The translations under genes and the position numbers were made by a program. Positions 12,027 through 23,540 of a stretch of 45,088 nucleotides of DNA are shown here, in pieces; the stretch's first letter is position 1; each line of letters opens with the position of its first letter. Location: assembly GCF_001194135.2 (NCBI RefSeq), contig NC_068982.1, forward strand, positions 103,284,520 to 103,329,607. The letters are read 5' to 3'. The stretch is from Octopus bimaculoides. Lineage: Eukaryota. The notes below the pieces were generated by a model. That model did not search any database and had not been told where the DNA came from. It saw nothing but the letters and a program-made list of their open reading frames with translations.

Positions 12027-12079
12027 CAAATCACGGTGGTGCACCAGCATGACCGCAGCCACTTGGCTGAAACACATAA

Positions 12080-12087
<8 letters not shown>
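12027..12087 (+). mobile_element. LINE/SINE-type 3' tail fused to U6
   Basis: GGTGGTGCACCAGCATGACCGCAGCCACTTGGCTGAAACACATAAATAAA aligns with the family-A SINE 3' end GGTGGGGCTCTAGCATGGCTGCAGTCAAATGACTGAAACAAGTAAAAGAA; followed by (TA)n. Confidence 0.8.
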
Positions 12088-12118
<31 letters not shown>

Positions 12119-12346
12119 TGAGAAAGTTGGTATGTGAAAGCACGTGGTTGGATGTATAAAAGATAATAAGAGTGAAAAAACTACAGAAGGCTTGTGTTAC
12201 TTGGTTAAAGTATATATCTAAATTATGTCAGAAAAATGTTAGAAAAATGTTAGAAAAAAGTTATAAAATCTTTTTGGTATATAAACATTGTATATATATA
12301 TTACCCCGTCTCCATGTTTTGTCGTAAGGTCGCATTAGGTTCACCA

Positions 12347-12500
12347 CGGGCTTCCACACAGTTTCCATTCATCAAATTCACTAACAAGGCATTGGTCAGC
12401 CTGGGGCTATAATAGAAGACACTTGCCTAAGGTACTGCAATGAAACTGAACTCGAAACCAAGTGGTTGCAAAGCGAGCTTCTTTACCACACAGCCATGGG
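12347..12500 (-). mobile_element. SINE family A, 5' half (right of the U6 insertion)
   Basis: ACGGGCTTCC...GCTATAATAGAAGACACTTGCCTAAGG...GTGGTTGCAAAGCGAGCTTCTTTACCACACAGCCA; tRNA-like head on the minus strand. Confidence 0.85.
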
Positions 12501-13120
12501 CACTTCTTACATATGCATGATTCGCACTTACTTTGATACCCTCATTATTACATAGCATAATGAATGACTCTGAATTCAATCCAAACCAAATCATTTTGTG
12601 TTTTAAATTTATTTGGTTATTGTTCTTTAGCCCTGAATTAAGCATTGCAGACCTATAATCAAAGATATTCTAGCGGTGACCACCCTTATAAATCTAAGCC
12701 GACATTGTCCAATGTGTTTCCTTTTTCGGATGTGATTTGAGGGAGATTTGGCTGCTATTTCTAACAGATCGAAAGTATAACAGCTCTTTCGTTGGCTCAT
12801 ACCTGTAAGGTATTTCAAGATGGATATCAACAGGAATAAAATCTGAATAAAAAATACAAAAGAAGTTAATAATCCAATAAATACCGAATACTTTTATAAT
12901 AATTCTTTTTAAAAATATAGAAATATTTGAAACACCATAAAAACTGACAAATTCGTATTGGTGTGGGACGTTAGCCGACTAATAACTAAAAATTCATAGC
13001 GTGTTGAAATGACAGTATTAAAGATATTGATATTTTTTTCAACTATCTGTCTCACCTGTTAATACGGTTTTGGAAAAAGATATTTTCATTTTCCTTTTAT
13101 ATATATATATATATATATAT

Positions 13121-13187
13121 NNNNNNNNNNNNNNNNNNNNNNNNNNNNNNNNNNNNNNNNNNNNNNNNNNNNNNNNNNNNNNNNNNN
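13121..13187. other. Assembly gap (N) flanked by (TA)n
   Basis: N run. Confidence 0.99.
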
Positions 13188-13900
13188 TATTATTTTGGAA
13201 ATTATGTACGTTCTAACTTCATTTATGACAATTTTTAAAAAAATCTATCCCATACTTTAGATACTTGAAATATATAAGTAGGCATAATGATTTTGTGTTT
13301 CATGATTAAATATTGAAACTAATTATATAATTGCATAAACAATTACATGGTACGCAAATTACGCTTCAAATATTTCTTGCAATTAGACATACCGCTTTTT
13401 AGCTTAGAAGACATTTACTTTCATGTGTAATATTTTTCTAATTATAATTTGTTTTTATCTGATATTCAAAATATTTGGTCAAGGTCACTGACATGTTAAG
13501 AAGAATTGCAGTATTGCATATGTCCGAAGGGAAAAAGTAATCGATATAAAGAGAAAGTTTTAGAAATTATGTAGTAATTTTTGACGTAGGGGTGAAGTCT
13601 TAGACTTACAGAAAGAGAGGTGATAAGGAAATCGTGAAGTTTATGCCCTTGAAACATATCAACATTGATAAATTTGGTTTAGTTAAGGAAGTTAGTCGAG
13701 AAAGTCTACTTATAGATTTCGTAGTTGTCAAATTTATAACAGCAGCGCAATTGCGACATATTCCAGATTCCTTGAACAGGTGCCAATAAGTAGAGTTTCT
13801 AAGTATGAATTTCTAAATTACTGATATTTTCATTTCTTACCGTGATACATACATACATATGTATTATACACACACATATATATTATATATTACATATATG

Positions 13901-13945
<45 letters not shown>

Positions 13946-14674
13946 NNNNNNNNNNNNNNNNNNNNNNNNNNNNNNNNNNNNNNNNNNNNNNNNNNNNNNN
14001 NNNNNNNNNNNNNNNNNNNNNNNNNNNNNNNNNNNNNNNNNNNNNNNNNNNNNNNNNNNNNNNNNNNNNNNNNNNNNNNNNNNNNNNNNNNNNNNNNNNN
14101 NNNNNNNNNNNNNNNNNNNNNNNNNNNNNNNNNNNNNNNNNNNNNNNNNNNNNNNNNNNNNNNNNNNNNNNNNNNNNNNNNNNNNNNNNNNNNNNNNNNN
14201 NNNNNNNNNNNNNNNNNNNNNNNNNNNNNNNNNNNNNNNNNNNNNNNNNNNNNNNNNNNNNNNNNNNNNNNNNNNNNNNNNNNNNNNNNNNNNNNNNNNN
14301 NNNNNNNNNNNNNNNNNNNNNNNNNNNNNNNNNNNNNNNNNNNNNNNNNNNNNNNNNNNNNNNNNNNNNNNNNNNNNNNNNNNNNNNNNNNNNNNNNNNN
14401 NNNNNNNNNNNNNNNNNNNNNNNNNNNNNNNNNNNNNNNNNNNNNNNNNNNNNNNNNNNNNNNNNNNNNNNNNNNNNNNNNNNNNNNNNNNNNNNNNNNN
14501 NNNNNNNNNNNNNNNNNNNNNNNNNNNNNNNNNNNNNNNNNNNNNNNNNNNNNNNNNNNNNNNNNNNNNNNNNNNNNNNNNNNNNNNNNNNNNNNNNNNN
14601 NNNNNNNNNNNNNNNNNNNNNNNNNNNNNNNNNNNNNNNNNNNNNNNNNNNNNNNNNNNNNNNNNNNNNNNNNN
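13946..14674. other. Assembly gap (N) flanked by (TA)n on both sides
   Basis: N run. Confidence 0.99.
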
Positions 14675-14714
<40 letters not shown>

Positions 14715-16469
14715 CAAAATGGGACAAGAAGGCAAAACATCCGGACAGTTTGGTGATACAAAAAAACATCCAGATAGACGATACAAAGAAAACAAGGACG
14801 GCTCATTCGAAGTTTTCTTTCCTCGGTCGAGTACCAGATTATATATATAGATATCTTAAATTCACCCTTAATTTATATGGACTCGCCTAAACTGAAAAAA
14901 TCAGTCACGTGTTTTTTAAGAAAATATACTAACAAACGATATTTCTAATAATAGGCAGACACATTCGTGTTTTAAATACTTGATGAAATACGTCATCTAA
15001 TTATATAACGATATAAACAATTTCATTAACTTAAAAAAGCAACCCCTATTTGTTATTAAATACATATTTATTAATTAGACTGTCTTGTGTTTTAAAGAAG
15101 CCGTTAGTAATTTTTTTGTTATTAATTATTACTAATTGATTCTCTAAATATTTTGAAGTTACATAGTGCCTCTAATAAATTATACATTTACCATATGATT
15201 GTGATCAAATGTTTCACCACGTTAAATATTACCATATTTACTGAATAGCATGTCTTCAGTGATTTAACCGAAGTTTCACCTGTTACTGATAGATGTTTAT
15301 CATCTACTTAAAATCACTTAATAAAATCACCTCTTACATAACGGGTTTTACTTCCGATAGTGTCTACATATTTTTCGTCGACCAACTACAGAAAATCCAT
15401 TATTTTAATTTTAATCTTAATCTTTGTTTTAATCCCAGACCTTGTCATTATTATCGTAAATGTTTAGAGTCGATTTAGAAATAAACACCTATTTAAACGT
15501 ATATACAATACCAATATAAATATATCACATTTTTGTAATATAATTTTATGAATGTGCGAAAAATATTTCGTAAATAATCTCTATAAAATGTAATTGCGAA
15601 ACAAACGGAAAACCTGACCGTTTGGGCCTTAAGTTTTTTACATCAATTTTAAACCGGTGGAATACACTTTTGAAATACTGACAAATTGTTGGCATAACAT
15701 TTATAGAAATACGGTTTCGTACATTATATAAAATCATTTAAAATTTTCGGTGTTCACAAATTTTGTTATGAAAAGCTTTATTTCTTAATCATTTGAATGT
15801 GAGTCTGCTTTTTTTAAAGTCGTTTTGGAAGAAAACTGCACCATGTAGTGTAATTACTTATTTTCGAAGCACTCTATCGACAAAAGAGAAATGAAACTGA
15901 GTCACTGACTCAGCTAAGACCCATATTGGTTATCTGAAAGAAAAAGAAAAAAACTTACACCACTTAGGGTTTGCAAGGTCACCTAGATACGAATCACATG
16001 TTACTGAGCGAAAACCGGTGTTTTCGACTTAACGAGTCGTTATTCCTAATACAAATGATTTCTTTTGACTAAGCGTACACATACATTAAAAACAATGCCT
16101 CTCATTTACGGAGATGTGAAAACAGAATGCTGTGGCATTCATGCTTTTCACAATTTCACCGAGATCTACTGCTTCCTCTATGGTGTTGTCCATCGTTGTT
16201 ATTATAACACTATGTACCTCTGTTAGAAACTGATTTTGATGCTTAAAAAGTTGTGCAATACCACAAATTACATAATTACATGAAGTAATCGTTAAAGCGA
16301 TATTTGGTTACTACCCTTTTGTTCCACCAGGGTGAACTTTTACCTTTTTTGAGGTCGATAAAATAAAATACCAGTCAGGTACTTGGGATCAATTTAATAT
16401 TCCTATTAAGCAACCAAGATGTGAATGGAATTATAATAAAAGGTGCAAACATAATTTGTAATTAAGAAA

Positions 16470-16790
16470 TTTGCTTCATGGAAATATAGTTTGGGGTTCA
16501 GCCTCTCTACATAGCACCTTGATCAACTGTCTTCTAATATAGCATTTCGTCGACCAAAGGCAGTGAGTAGACTTGATACATAAAAACTGCCGATCGCATA
16601 CATCATACATATATACATACATCTATGTATGTATATATATGATTGTTTGTGCATGTGCGTGTCTGTGGTTGTTAATATATTTGTGCTTTTCCAAAGATTG
16701 TCTGCTGATTGTGTTCCTTCAAAGACGTGTGAAGGAAAAGATCTCTTACGTCAAAAACGAGTAAGAGTTAGTGACAGGAGTGGTTTAAAG
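16470..16790 (+). mobile_element. SINE family A-related copy with a different 3' part
   Basis: GGGGTTCAGCC...GCACCTTGATCAACTGTCTTCTAATATAGC...GACCAAAGGCAGTGAGTAGACTTG matches the family-A head and core; the tail diverges. Confidence 0.6.
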
Positions 16791-16875
16791 CTACACTATC
16801 ACCAGTAGTTTATTTTTATTTGGAAATCTTGAGATGTGAAATTTTAAAAAATGGCAGTTATACTTATAAGAAATA

Positions 16876-17095
16876 GATGATGATGACGATGATATCATTT
16901 CATGTCAGCTTTCTATGCTAGCATGAGTTGGATGGGTTGTCACACCCCTAGTCACTTTCCATTGGGAGTTACTGCTTCCAAAGTCTAGACAACCATTCAT
17001 GTCATATGGGTTGGTTTCTAGAATTGGGTGTCCTTAATACCAACCACTTTATGGTGTAATGGGTGCATTTATTCATGATATAAACACTAGAGACG
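16876..17095 (-). mobile_element. RTE LINE 3' end
   Basis: (GAT)n then TTTCTATGCTAGCATGAGTTGGATGGGTTG, reverse complement of the RTE terminus at 18918-18987. Confidence 0.75.
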
Positions 17096-18172
17096 TTGAA
17101 TAGTCCTCAACGAGAGAAAATTAGAAGGATCTCATAACTATTCTTTCTCTCCTCATACAGAAAACCATGTAACAGTATGAACTGTGGAAGGATCAATGAT
17201 AACAGAAATGAACAACTGAAAAGGGAAAAGCAATGACATTAGGAAGAAACACATGTGTATACATATTTTCTATGTTTCCTAAAATTTCACAGTCTTAAGA
17301 TTTATGACTTCGGATGGTACTGCTAGTGATTATGAGGTTTTAAACTAATAGTTCTCAAACTGGCATATGTGAACCCACAGAAGTATGCATATGAAATTAT
17401 TGGGGTATTCCGATGAAATTGTTGGGGTAGGCAAGGTTTGTGGAATCAACTATATGCAACTCATGTCAAAAAAAAAAAAAAATGTGCAGAGTGTCTTTTA
17501 TTGTTCCCATTCGTTTATTGTTGTGAATAGGGGCTTTTTGCAGTTTTTATAATGAAAAACAAATTTTGTTCAAGACTATCAATTGAGAATAATTTGTGTG
17601 CCACTGAAATTGTGCTGAGAATTGAATTACAAAATGACAAGGCACTTTATCCATGGTACAAGCAGTTCTGCCATTCACTGTCCTAATAATATCATGTTTC
17701 TAATTTAGGCCAGTACTTTTTTAAGAGGAGAGTGGGATGTTAGTAGACTTTATCAAGCCAAAGTAATCCTTCTTATTGAGGATATAAACTTTGAATTAAA
17801 TTAAATTGGTTTCTTAAAATTGGCACAGGATTAAAAATTTTGGGTGAGTGAACAAACAATTATATCCCATTATTTTGCAGGTACTATATTTTATCCTCCT
17901 TCAAAGAAAGAAAGGCAAAGTTGACAACAGGATATGAACTTGTTAAGTTAATAAATAACACATGTTTATTGTTTGGTCTATGACGTCTGTATACTATATT
18001 ATCTATATATAGTATGCTAGTGCTACAAGACATGATGAAGAGACATACCCAAAGAAAAAGTTTGACGAACCCTGGTTTAAACAAGTAGACATAATTAAGT
18101 ATATAACTGTACTGAATCTATACTTTATACATACACACACACACACACACACATACATACATAAATACATAC

Positions 18173-18209
<37 letters not shown>

Positions 18210-18917
18210 NNNNNNNNNNNNNNNNNNNNNNNNNNNNNNNNNNNNNNNNNNNNNNNNNNNNNNNNNNNNNNNNNNNNNNNNNNNNNNNNNNNNNNNNNNN
18301 NNNNNNNNNNNNNNNNNNNNNNNNNNNNNNNNNNNNNNNNNNNNNNNNNNNNNNNNNNNNNNNNNNNNNNNNNNNNNNNNNNNNNNNNNNNNNNNNNNNN
18401 NNNNNNNNNNNNNNNNNNNNNNNNNNNNNNNNNNNNNNNNNNNNNNNNNNNNNNNNNNNNNNNNNNNNNNNNNNNNNNNNNNNNNNNNNNNNNNNNNNNN
18501 NNNNNNNNNNNNNNNNNNNNNNNNNNNNNNNNNNNNNNNNNNNNNNNNNNNNNNNNNNNNNNNNNNNNNNNNNNNNNNNNNNNNNNNNNNNNNNNNNNNN
18601 NNNNNNNNNNNNNNNNNNNNNNNNNNNNNNNNNNNNNNNNNNNNNNNNNNNNNNNNNNNNNNNNNNNNNNNNNNNNNNNNNNNNNNNNNNNNNNNNNNNN
18701 NNNNNNNNNNNNNNNNNNNNNNNNNNNNNNNNNNNNNNNNNNNNNNNNNNNNNNNNNNNNNNNNNNNNNNNNNNNNNNNNNNNNNNNNNNNNNNNNNNNN
18801 NNNNNNNNNNNNNNNNNNNNNNNNNNNNNNNNNNNNNNNNNNNNNNNNNNNNNNNNNNNNNNNNNNNNNNNNNNNNNNNNNNNNNNNNNNNNNNNNNNNN
18901 NNNNNNNNNNNNNNNNN
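18210..18917. other. Assembly gap (N), preceded by (CA)n(TACA)n(TA)n
   Basis: N run. Confidence 0.99.
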
Positions 18918-18987
18918 GTTTCACCAGTCCTCAGTCAAATCGTCCAACCCATGCTAGCATGGAAAGCAGACGTTAAACGATGATGAT
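18918..18987 (+). mobile_element. RTE LINE extreme 3' end
   Basis: GTCAAATCGTCCAACCCATGCTAGCATGGAAAGCAGACGTTAAACGATGATGAT, reverse complement of 33341-33400. Confidence 0.85.
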
Positions 18988-19220
18988 ATATATATATATA
19001 TATATATGTAATACAAATAATAAATGAATATATGCATATATATGTACATGTATGTACATACTTACATCTACCTCTATATATAGATGCATATCTGGGTACA
19101 GGACATTGCAAACAAAGCGTAGACAAAATGATAAACGAGTACAGAAAACACACAGACCACATAGGGAACATCTCCTTCATCAGCTGCCCCCATTCCAACA
19201 CAGGCGTTTCGAAGATATAT

Positions 19221-19805
19221 ATACATACATATATGGGTACAAGACATCACCAATGGTGCATATAACATAAAATATGCAAACAAATGAGGGGAAAATGAGT
19301 GAAATACATAAACAACAAGAAAAAAATGGAAATCAGGATGAGTAAACACAGAGAGAGGAGCCTTCATCAGTTGTCGGCTGTCTATCCTCTCCTCATTTCA
19401 AGTATTCAACAACAATATCAGTCTTTAGAGACAGTTGCTCCCATAAATTCTAAAATAGAATTTAGGATTTATGGAGGGTCAAATTTGGGAACAAAAAAAA
19501 AAAATGACAGTGGAAACATACAAGGAAACCAAATGAAAAAAAAACATGGAGAGTCATTAGACCAGAACAAGAGGAAAATAGTGAACGCTAAAGCGAAAAA
19601 ATAGAAGAGAGAGAGATAAGCACGCCTGTGCAGGAAAAGAAAGATGAACAATGGTCACATGTGAGCAATGAGAGAGAGAGAGAGCTGAAGAGTCATTTCT
19701 CTGCGTTTACTTGTCCTGTTTTCCATTTTTTTCTTGTTGTTTATGTATTTCATGTTATTTGCACTGTTGGTGATGTCCTGTACTCATATATGCATGTATA
19801 TATAT
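19221..19805. repeat. Inverted copies of an unclassified interspersed repeat (19221-19355 and 19698-19805)
   Basis: TGAAATACATAAACAACAAGAAAAAAATGGAAA on + versus TTTCCATTTTTTTCTTGTTGTTTATGTATTTCA; GGGTACAAGACATCACCAA versus TTGGTGATGTCCTGTACTC. Confidence 0.8.
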
Positions 19806-19840
<35 letters not shown>

Positions 19841-20475
19841 TATTATTGTTAAAGAGGACAACAAATATTAAGGCAAGACAAACATTTCAAGTCATATACA
19901 ATATTATTATTGGAAAAAATTCAAAGTCTTACAGCTGTTTCTGGGATATTCCGTCATCAGAGACAAATAGGGAAAAAAATAGGGAAACAACAGGGAAAAT
20001 GAGAATAGTATATATTGAGATGACAACATAGAGGAAGGGAGTAAAAGAATAAGAAGATGGAAAGAAAGAAGAAAATAGAAGCATAAAAAGTTCATAGTTC
20101 AACTTTCTGAAGTTATAGAAACAAGAGCATGAGTCCTTAGGTGCAATCCTGTGTAGATCCATGAGCATAACTCCTTAGGTGCAATCCTGCATAGATTCAT
20201 GTGGGTTAAAATTCTGATATAGTAGACATCTCGAGAAAAAAGACGTGAACATATCAACGTTCAATAACAGAATGGTAGAAGGGGTGGCTATTAAGTGGTA
20301 AAAGTAAAGAAAAGAAAAGAAATAGAAAGAGAGGTAGATAGACTGAGGGGAGGAGATTTTAAGGATTGGTTATCCGCTGCATTGGAAATCTACAATGGCT
20401 CCATAACTACCGACTTGGCTATATATATATTATATTATTCATTAGTTAATTGAACGCAACACATCCATTTCCAAG

Positions 20476-20613
<138 letters not shown>

Positions 20614-20944
20614 TGCATCCAACATTTTTGTGGCAACCTCTTCTGCACTATGTCTGAAACAGCTGTAAGGGTATTATATGCATAAATTTTTTGTTTCTTC
20701 TCTTTCAATTACAAGGTTTTACCTGTGAGTCTACCTGTTTATATCACAACTATTATGAACCTAACATAGTGGAACTTTCACTGATCTTCTGTAATTGATA
20801 CTCCTTTATGGATTTGTTTTTTCTCTAAGTGTTGTTAATATGTCATAATCTGACCCAATATCTGATTTACCTGTCTATCCTTTTGTTCTGTTATACATAC
20901 ATTTATGTGTGTGTGTGCGTGTGTGTAGGTGTAGTGGGAATGGA

Positions 20945-21789
20945 GAGTCTTGAAGATGACCCAATGTCTGGATGACCTGCAACTGCCACTACTAAGGAAA
21001 ACATTGACAACATATAGTGATGGAGGACAGGTAACAGACTATAAATCAGTCAATGCTATTTAGTATATCCCATGTGAGAGTTTAGAATATTCTGCAACAT
21101 GAACTTAACATGACACAGGTTTCCGCTTGGTGGGTGCCATGGCTTCTGACACTTGATCATAAGCACTCCAGGCTGATCACATCACGGAAGAATCTGACAT
21201 TGTTTGAGGCAAATCTAGCTTTTTTCTTTGAATGTTTCTTAACCCAGGATAAATGTTGGGTTTATCACTTTGAGCTACAGACAAAGAGACAATCCATGCA
21301 GTAGAAACATACCTCCTCACCTGCTCTAAAGAAGGTCATGGTCATTTAATCTGCAGCGAAGGTGCTGGCTTCAGGTTTTTATGATACAAAAGGCACAGTG
21401 TTTATTGAATATCTTCAAAAGGGCCACACAATCAATGGCGAGTACTGTACCAACTTGCTGGGGCAGTTACAAAAGCTATCAAGATCAAATGAAAGGAGTC
21501 TTGTTTCATCAGAACAATGCTCCAGCACATAAGCCCTTGGATTAAATGGTTGCTGTGCGTGACTGTGGTTTCCCAATTTTCCTGATTTGGCCCAATTTGA
21601 CTATGATTTGTTCACCAACATGAAAAACACCTGGCTGGGAACCAGTATCACTGAGATAATGATGTCATATCTGCTGTTGATGACTTTTTTGACCAACAGA
21701 ATGAAAGCTTCTTCACCAATGGGATTCAAGCACTGCAACACCAATGAAAGAAGTGCGTGGACCGCAAAGGGGACTATACTGAAAAATAA
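20945..21789 (+). mobile_element. mariner transposase remnant (second subfamily)
   Basis: ESLEDDPMSG*P, AWWVPWLLT, FLTQDKCWVYHFELQTKRQSMQ, EYLQKGHTINGEY, VLFHQNNAPAH, PDLAQFDYDLF, KCVDRKGDYTEK*. Many frameshifts; no TIRs seen. Confidence 0.92.
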
Positions 21790-22303
21790 ACCTCATTTGG
21801 TCACATTCCAAAGATGGAATATACGAGAATTTATTATTAATCATGACAATTGTTTTGACACATTATATAGATAATAATAATAAGCAGAAAATAGGTACGG
21901 CAATCAAAGACCTATAGGACATAAACACATTTCAGTAAAATGCTGAAATAATTACATAGTCAATAAATGCCTATTTATTGCAGGACACTGATGAAATGAA
22001 GATAAGATAGCATAACTCTTATGCAATTATTTTGACATTTTGCTGAAACACATGTGTGTCCTATAAAGCAATGAATCCCATGCTTATTTTCTAGTTGTTA
22101 TTATTATCATTTCTATTATTTGGTTCATATTCCAAACACTAGCCTATCCTGAGGTTGATTCTCCACATTATACTACACTGGATACTGGAGTGAAATGTGG
22201 AACCCACTATTGAGGTTGATCTTTGACTATGTGTTGCACTTTACTGTGCCTTTTTATATGTGTGTGTGTGTGTGTGCGCATATACACTTGGGAAAGTTTA
22301 TAC

Positions 22304-22780
22304 NNNNNNNNNNNNNNNNNNNNNNNNNNNNNNNNNNNNNNNNNNNNNNNNNNNNNNNNNNNNNNNNNNNNNNNNNNNNNNNNNNNNNNNNNNNNNNNNN
22401 NNNNNNNNNNNNNNNNNNNNNNNNNNNNNNNNNNNNNNNNNNNNNNNNNNNNNNNNNNNNNNNNNNNNNNNNNNNNNNNNNNNNNNNNNNNNNNNNNNNN
22501 NNNNNNNNNNNNNNNNNNNNNNNNNNNNNNNNNNNNNNNNNNNNNNNNNNNNNNNNNNNNNNNNNNNNNNNNNNNNNNNNNNNNNNNNNNNNNNNNNNNN
22601 NNNNNNNNNNNNNNNNNNNNNNNNNNNNNNNNNNNNNNNNNNNNNNNNNNNNNNNNNNNNNNNNNNNNNNNNNNNNNNNNNNNNNNNNNNNNNNNNNNNN
22701 NNNNNNNNNNNNNNNNNNNNNNNNNNNNNNNNNNNNNNNNNNNNNNNNNNNNNNNNNNNNNNNNNNNNNNNNNNNNNNNT
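22304..22780. other. Assembly gap (N)
   Basis: N run. Confidence 0.99.
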
Positions 22781-22809
22781 ATATATATGTATATATATAT
22801 ATATATGTA

Positions 22810-23010
22810 TGTAGGGGAGAATTCACGAAAAAAACAACACACGAAGACAGGTGGTGTAAACAACAAATAGATGTATTAGTTTAACGCTCAGGAATAGAGA
22901 AAGTCTTTGACATTTCGAGCTACGCTCTTCAACTGAAAGGAACATAAAGAAATAAGGAGAGAAACAAGGAGAAAAAAATATAAATGTAGTGGTCAGCAAT
23001 CTATCATGGT
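22810..23010 (-). mobile_element. Probable Penelope-like element pLTR fragment
   Basis: Contains a minimal hammerhead-like motif on the minus strand, a hallmark of PLE pLTRs. No RT or GIY-YIG coding sequence is present, so the family call is inferred. Confidence 0.5.
22905..22939 (-). ncRNA. Degenerate minimal type-I hammerhead ribozyme motif
   Basis: Minus strand CUUU-CAGUUGA-A-GAGC(GUA)GCUC-GAAA-U-GUC-AAAG: stem I CUUU/AAAG, stem II GAGC/GCUC, GAAA box, GUC triplet. Core deviates from CUGANGA at two positions. Confidence 0.5.
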
Positions 23011-23041
23011 GAAAAATATATATGTATGTATATGTTTATAA

Positions 23042-23540
23042 ATGAAATGTTTTAAGAGGAAAATTAGGTGTAAGAAGCATCAGATGTTGTATGCAAGAGA
23101 GATGACTGTGCTGGTATGGCTATGTGGTGTGTATGGAGGACAGCTGCTTAAAAAAATGCCGATCTCTAATTGTGGAAAGAGTAGACCCAGGAAGATGTGG
23201 AACGAAGTGGTGAGAAAGGATCTTCAGAAGCTGGGCTTCACTGAGGAAATGACAAGGGAGTTGTAGTGATTTGCTGTACTGGAGAAGACACATCAAGCTA
23301 AATAAAATAGTGGCCATTCCTACATATAGACATGTCCTTTGCAGGTGCTGGTACCATGTAAAATACACTCATGTCAGTGTTATGTAAATGCACCTGTACC
23401 AGTGGCACATATGAAGCACCCGGCACATTCTGTAAAGTGGTTGAGGGCATCCAGCTGTAGAAACCATGCCAAAACAGACAATTCTCCAGTTAGCCATCTC
23501 CTGTCAAACCACCCAACACATATCATGATGATAATGATGA
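23042..23540 (+). mobile_element. RTE LINE 3' fragment
   Basis: EMTVLVWLCGV...GKSRPRKMWNEVVRKDLQKLGFTEEMT; 3' UTR GGGCATCCAGCTGTAGAAACCATGCCAAA; (GAT)n-like end. Confidence 0.88.

Noticed and set aside
13842-14806. Long ORFs of 283-307 aa (and similar at 18118-18924 and 22195-22884)
   Set aside because: Artefacts of translating N gaps and (TA)n.
15222-15265. Minus-strand ITEDMLFSKYG, RRM-like, followed by GTAAT
   Set aside because: In-frame stops lie immediately upstream with no acceptor between them and the motif.
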